This document shows, piece after piece, positions 59,458 to 64,000 of a DNA stretch of 64,000 bases. The stretch is taken from assembly GCF_047971885.1 (NCBI RefSeq), contig NZ_JBKEAE010000183.1:1504-65503 (forward strand), in the 5' to 3' direction. The DNA is from Tropicimonas sp. Lineage in GTDB: Bacteria > Pseudomonadota > Alphaproteobacteria > Rhodobacterales > Rhodobacteraceae. Every line of letters begins with the position of its first letter. Positions within the stretch are counted from its first letter, which is position 1. A model generated the notes under the pieces. The model had not been told where the DNA came from. It saw only the letters and a program-made list of their open reading frames with translations, and did no database searches. The position numbers were made by a program, and so were the translations under genes.

Positions 59458-61197
59458 ATGGCAAGCGGGGCCCGGGGGCAAAGCGTGAATTTCCCCGCGC
59501 GAGAGCGAGCCTTGCCGGAACGCAGCCGCGATCTGATCCGCCGCCAGATGGAAGAAAGCCGCGACGGCCTGAACCGGTTCGGGCGGATGCTGGTGCAGCA
59601 GGGGCCGGGGCAGGTGCGCTTCTGGTTCATCGCGCTTGCGCTTGGTGTGGTTGCGGGCGCGGCGGCGGTGGGTTTTCGCACCGCGATCTACTGGTTGCAG
59701 GCCAGATTCTATGGTGCCGACGACGCGCTCTATATCCACTCGTTCGCCGAAACGCTGCCGTGGTGGTATCTGGTGCTGGTGCCGGTTCTTGGCGGGCTGG
59801 CGGTGGGGGTCCTGCTCACCCGGTTCACCCCCGACGACAGGGTGCGGGCCGTCGCCGATGTGATCGAGGGGGCGGCGCTTTATCGCGGCCGGGTCGAGAT
59901 AAGGGCTGGCCTCGCCTCGGCCGCGGCCTCGCTGATCACGCTTTCCTCGGGGGGCTCTTCGGGGCGCGAGGGGCCGGTGGTTCACCTTGCCGGGGTGATT
60001 GCCACCTGGGTGTCGGACCGGCTGGACGCCGATGGCATTACCGGCCGCGACCTTCTGGGATGCGCGGTTGCCGCCGCCGTTTCGGCCAGTTTCAACGCCC
60101 CCATCGCCGGAACGCTCTTTGCGCTCGAAGTGGTATTACGCCATTTCGCCATGCACGCGTTCGCCCCCATCGCCATCGCCTCGGTCGCAGGGACCGTCGT
60201 CAGCCGGCTGATGCTGGGCGACAACACCGAATTCACCCTGGCGCCGCAATTGTCGCTGTCGTTCTACGGCGAGCTTCCCGCCTTCATGATCCTCGGCCTG
60301 TTCAGCGGATTGGTGGCGGTGGTCCTGATGCGGTCGATCTTCTTCACCGACGCCCTGGCCAGCCACCTGCAGGAGAAGTTCCGCGTGCCGCGCGTGCTTC
60401 AACCCGCCATCGCTGGCGGGTTACTGGGCGTCATGGCGATCTGGTTTCCCCATATCATCGGTGTCGGTTACGAGACCACGGCCATGGCCCTGCATGCCCG
60501 GCTTTCGCTGCACGAGGCGGTGCTGTTCGTGGCGATGAAGATCGTCGCCGTTGCAATTACCCTGGCCGGGCGCATGGGCGGTGGCATCTTCTCGCCGTCG
60601 CTGATGGTCGGCGCGCTGAGCGGTCTGGCATTCGGCATCGTCGCCACGGCGCTGGTGCCGCAATATTCCGGCACGGGCGAGTTGTATGCGCTGGCGGGAA
60701 TGGGGGCGGTTGCCGCCGCGGTGCTGGGCGCGCCGATCTCGACGGCGATGATCGTCTTCGAGATGACGGGCGACTGGCAGACCGGGCTTGCGGTGATGGT
60801 CGCGGTATCGCTGTCCGCCGCGCTGGCAAGCCGGCTGGTGGCGCGCTCGTATTTCCTCACCCAGCTCGAAAACAAGGGCGTGCGCCTGTCCGCCGGCCCG
60901 CAGGCCTATCTGCTGTCGGTCCATTCTGCGGCGTTGCTGATGCGCTCGATGGACAGCCCGCGCGCCGCTTCGGCCGAGGTCTGCCGCCGGATGATCGAAA
61001 GCGGCCTGTTCATCCGCCCCGAGACGACGCTGGAAGTGGCGCTGCCGATCTTCGAAAGCGAAGGCTGCGTCTTCCTGCCGGTGATCACCGACGGCGACGG
61101 GGGTGAGGCCACCCTTATCGGCGCGCTGTTCCATGTCGACGCCCTGCGCGCCTACAATCGCGCTCTGGCCGAAACGGCGGCGGAGGAACACGCCTGA
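59458..61197 (+). CDS. ClC family chloride channel / H+-Cl- antiporter with C-terminal CBS domain region
   Basis: 579 aa. GSSGREGP, GAPIAG and GGIFSPS selectivity-filter motifs. Start uncertain (in-frame ATG also at 59548). Confidence 0.85.
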   Translation: MASGARGQSVNFPARERALPERSRDLIRRQMEESRDGLNRFGRMLVQQGPGQVRFWFIALALGVVAGAAAVGFRTAIYWLQARFYGADDALYIHSFAETLPWWYLVLVPVLGGLAVGVLLTRFTPDDRVRAVADVIEGAALYRGRVEIRAGLASAAASLITLSSGGSSGREGPVVHLAGVIATWVSDRLDADGITGRDLLGCAVAAAVSASFNAPIAGTLFALEVVLRHFAMHAFAPIAIASVAGTVVSRLMLGDNTEFTLAPQLSLSFYGELPAFMILGLFSGLVAVVLMRSIFFTDALASHLQEKFRVPRVLQPAIAGGLLGVMAIWFPHIIGVGYETTAMALHARLSLHEAVLFVAMKIVAVAITLAGRMGGGIFSPSLMVGALSGLAFGIVATALVPQYSGTGELYALAGMGAVAAAVLGAPISTAMIVFEMTGDWQTGLAVMVAVSLSAALASRLVARSYFLTQLENKGVRLSAGPQAYLLSVHSAALLMRSMDSPRAASAEVCRRMIESGLFIRPETTLEVALPIFESEGCVFLPVITDGDGGEATLIGALFHVDALRAYNRALAETAAEEHA

Positions 61198-61320
61198 TCC
61201 GGTCCGGTGGGCGCGAAATCAGAAGAAGATACTGCCCGCACCCTGATCGCCGGGGCGCGTATTGCCCGGCAGGATCGGCGGCCCGTATCCCGCGCATACG
61301 CCCGGGTACTGCGGCAGGGG

Positions 61321-61668
61321 TCAGAACCGCTCGACCGCAACGGCGGAATTGCCGGTATGGAAGGCGATGTAATCCTTGACCCGTTGCATGCCCTCGTTCG
61401 GGTTCTCATAGGACCAGGCCGCGTTCACCAGAGTGCCGCTTTTGGTATCTATCGAATAGTAGCTGGCATCGCCCTTGTGCGGGTTGCGCTCGACCGCGCC
61501 CGAGGGGTCGAGAAAGGCCATCGCGATATCGTCGCGCGGAAAATAGATGACGGGCGCGCCATCGCCTTCGGTCAGTTCCAGTGCGTTCCGGCTTTCGGCC
61601 AGAACCGCGCCGCCGGCGCGAACGCTCCAGATGCCGTCGGCCTTGTGGATGGTGATATGGTCAACCAT
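61321..61668 (-). CDS. DUF427 domain protein
   Basis: 115 aa. ...PVIYFPRDDI...HKGDASYYSI...AAWSYENP... is the typical DUF427 pattern. Confidence 0.8.
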   Translation of the reverse strand: MVDHITIHKADGIWSVRAGGAVLAESRNALELTEGDGAPVIYFPRDDIAMAFLDPSGAVERNPHKGDASYYSIDTKSGTLVNAAWSYENPNEGMQRVKDYIAFHTGNSAVAVERF

Positions 61669-61760
61669 GTGATCCCCCTTTTGAGAGTGGTCTGCCGCCC
61701 ATGAACATCTGTATGGGCGGCCGGTGTGACATTATTGTGAAATGGAATGTTAGCCCTAAC

Positions 61761-63560
61761 CTATAGCGGGCGGGTCACCGTTTCAAGCCACACCGCCGCA
61801 TCGCCGCTCAGCAGGGGGAATATCCGGTGCCGGGTTTCGGCGTGATAGGTATCGAGCCAGGCGCGTTCTCCGGCGTCCAGCAGCGACAGGTCGATCAGCC
61901 GCCGGTCGATCGGCACCCGGGTCAGGGTTGCAAAGGCCAGCATCGCGCGGTTGTCGGCACCGGGCAGGGGCGGAGCCTCGACAACACGGATCAGGTTTTC
62001 GATCCGGATGCCGAAGGCGCCCTCGCGGTAATACCCTGGCTCGTTCGACAGGATCATGCCGGGCTCCAGCGGCACCTCGGATAGCCGCGACAGGCGCTGC
62101 GGCCCCTCGTGCACCGACAGATAGGCGCCGACGCCGTGGCCGGTGCCGTGGTCGTAATCCTGCCCGGCCCGCCACAGCGGCGCGCGTGCCAGCGAGTCGA
62201 GATCGCGCCCGGCGAGGCCCCCGGGCCAGCGGATGGTCGAGATCGCGATCATGCCCTTCAGCACCCGGGTGAATGCCGCCGTCTGTTCCGCGGTGACCGG
62301 GCCGGTAGCGATGGTGCGGGTGATGTCGGTGGTGCCGTCGGCGTACTGGCCACCCGAATCCACCAGCAGCAGGTCGCCGGGGGCGATGCGCCGGTTGGTG
62401 TCGGTGGTTACACGGTAGTGAACGATGGCACCGTTCGGCCCCGATCCCGCGATGGTGTCGAAGCTGATATCGCGCAGCAGCGGGTCCCTGCGGCGTTCTT
62501 CCTCGAGGCGCGTGACCACGTCGATTTCCGTCAATGCGCCTGTCGGGGCCTCGGCGTCGAGCCAGCACAGGAAGCGGCACATCGCAGCACCGTCGCGCAG
62601 ATGCGCGGCTTCCATGCCGGCGATCTCGGCGGCGTTCTTGCGCGCCTTGGGCAGGATGCAGGGATCGGATGCGAGAACGGGTTCCGCCCCGGTCAGGCAT
62701 TCCTCGACCCAGACCGGGGCCGAGGGTTTGTCGAGCAGCACCGGCCCCTGCAGCGCTTTCAGTGCGGCGCAAAACTCTCCGGTGGGATGGCAGGCAACCT
62801 CGTCGCCCAGGTGTGCCCTTACCATATCCGACAACTTGGCGGGGGCGCAGAACAGATCGGCCGCGCCGGTGTCGTGCAGGATGGCGAAAGCCTGCGGTAC
62901 CGGGTTGCGCGGCACGTCGCTGCCGCGAATGTTGAAAAGCCAGGCGATCGAATCGGGCAGGGTCAGGACGGCAGCGCGCGCGCCCTTGCACCGCAGCCGT
63001 TCGGCCAGCGCGGCGCGTTTGGCCGCGTGCGGCTCGCCGGCCAGTTCAAGCGGATGAACAAAGACCGCGCCCAGCGGCGGTGGTGGTTGATCCTGCCATA
63101 TCAGATCGACAAAATTTTCCGTTTCACAATAGGTTATGCGAAATTTCTCGCCTTTTTCGCGAAGTTCCTCGATCTCGTCGGTCGTGTGCAGGCGCGGATC
63201 GAAGCCGATGGTGCCGCCGTCGGGAAGCTGCCCAGCGATCCAGTCGGCCGGTTGGATTGCCGGCCAGTCGAGCGGGGTGAAATGATCCGGCGCGATCTGA
63301 GACTTCACCTGCACCCGATAGCGCCCGTCGACGAAGACACCGGCCGCATCGCGCAGCACGACACATTGTCCGGCCGATCCGGTAAAGCCGGTCAGCCAGG
63401 CAAGGCGTTCGTCATGCGGGGCGACGTATTCGCCACGATACATGTCGGTGCGCGGCACCAGAAACCCGTCGAGCCCGGCCAGGGCGAGCCTTTCGCGCAG
63501 CAGGGCAAGCCGGGGCGGGCCGTCTTCGGGGTGTGTCGGGGTATTGAAAATCTGGAACAT
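61761..63560 (-). CDS. Aminopeptidase P (Xaa-Pro aminopeptidase, M24B) family protein
   Basis: 599 aa from MFQIFNTPTHPEDGPPRLALLRERL. DSGGQY, HGTGHGVG, SNEPGYY and IRIEN metal-ligand motifs. Internal start of ORF 61761..63803. Confidence 0.9.
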   Translation of the reverse strand: MFQIFNTPTHPEDGPPRLALLRERLALAGLDGFLVPRTDMYRGEYVAPHDERLAWLTGFTGSAGQCVVLRDAAGVFVDGRYRVQVKSQIAPDHFTPLDWPAIQPADWIAGQLPDGGTIGFDPRLHTTDEIEELREKGEKFRITYCETENFVDLIWQDQPPPPLGAVFVHPLELAGEPHAAKRAALAERLRCKGARAAVLTLPDSIAWLFNIRGSDVPRNPVPQAFAILHDTGAADLFCAPAKLSDMVRAHLGDEVACHPTGEFCAALKALQGPVLLDKPSAPVWVEECLTGAEPVLASDPCILPKARKNAAEIAGMEAAHLRDGAAMCRFLCWLDAEAPTGALTEIDVVTRLEEERRRDPLLRDISFDTIAGSGPNGAIVHYRVTTDTNRRIAPGDLLLVDSGGQYADGTTDITRTIATGPVTAEQTAAFTRVLKGMIAISTIRWPGGLAGRDLDSLARAPLWRAGQDYDHGTGHGVGAYLSVHEGPQRLSRLSEVPLEPGMILSNEPGYYREGAFGIRIENLIRVVEAPPLPGADNRAMLAFATLTRVPIDRRLIDLSLLDAGERAWLDTYHAETRHRIFPLLSGDAAVWLETVTRPL

Positions 63561-63631
63561 CGGCGGATCCGGTTGCTGCCGGAGAATCCCGGCAGCAACA
63601 CCTAGCCGCGCGAACCGCCGGTGCACAAGGC

Positions 63632-64000
63632 TCAGGCGGTGTGGTTGCGGCGCCTGCGCAGCATCGCAAGGCCTGCCAGCGCCCCGCCCAGCAAGGGCAG
63701 CGACGCCGGAAGCGGCACCGCCGCCGGCTGGTCGTAGAAGGCGACGGCACGGGCACGCTGGGGATATTCGCCGTTCTCCGAGCGCGCCAGGACGGCGCTC
63801 CATTCGCCCTCACCCCAGAAGCTGCCATTCCCGTCGAGATCGAAGAGGCGGATGACCCAGTCGCCGATGTCGCTTCCCGCGTTCGAGGTGATGAGAAGTT
63901 CGCCGGTAACGTTGCTGAGCGCCATCGAGAACCCGGCGAGGAATTCGAAGCTGTCGCCCAGGAGCGAGGTGTTCCAGACCTCCCTCGCCTCGCCGAGCGC
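63632..64000 (-). CDS. Secreted protein with VPLPA-CTERM sorting tail (C-terminal part; gene runs off right edge)
   Basis: C-terminus ...AAVPLPASLPLLGGALAGLAMLRRRRNHTA is a VPLPA motif, TM helix and Arg cluster. My own translation shows the frame stays open upstream of M at 63925 to the window end (ALGEAREVWNTSLLGDSFEFLAGFS-M...). Confidence 0.6.
   Translation of the reverse strand, partial: ALGEAREVWNTSLLGDSFEFLAGFSMALSNVTGELLITSNAGSDIGDWVIRLFDLDGNGSFWGEGEWSAVLARSENGEYPQRARAVAFYDQPAAVPLPASLPLLGGALAGLAMLRRRRNHTA

Overview
High-GC alphaproteobacterial chromosome segment; gene content points to Rhodobacterales (DUF2484 gene between murC and murB, VPLPA-CTERM tail, CcsR- and UpsM-type RNAs). 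It is mostly core genome. From the left: a LysR-controlled tctCBA transporter cluster with three poorly characterised enzymes, then the yacG-RNase E/G-maf-infA block. Next come a C-N hydrolase, the LMW-PTP/UPF0262/hisD/DUF2948/murA block and tRNA-Thr. A small accessory block follows (DUF2478, TonB-dependent receptor, LuxR solo), then histidine phosphatase, GST, aldehyde dehydrogenase, tRNA-Gly, pyruvate carboxylase and uvrD. The right half is a complete dcw cluster (mraZ to ftsZ) followed by lpxC, bamD, recN, an FAD-linked lactate dehydrogenase, a ClC channel, DUF427, aminopeptidase P and a partial VPLPA-CTERM protein. The most interesting region is 28.7-30.6 kb: three tandem DUF1127 genes interleaved with five two-hairpin sRNA units carrying ten CCUCCUCCC-type loops (CcsR/cuckoo type), with a shared sigma32-like promoter motif. 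Other notable points are a UpsM-like terminated leader RNA upstream of mraZ, an in-frame amber codon in bamD, a low-GC orphan membrane ORF between mraY and murD, and an opposite-strand flavoprotein gene splitting the dcw cluster. Many long ORFs in the track are antisense or alternative-frame artefacts of the high GC content. Several true starts lie internal to the listed ORFs and were reassigned from RBS position and ortholog N-termini recalled from memory.
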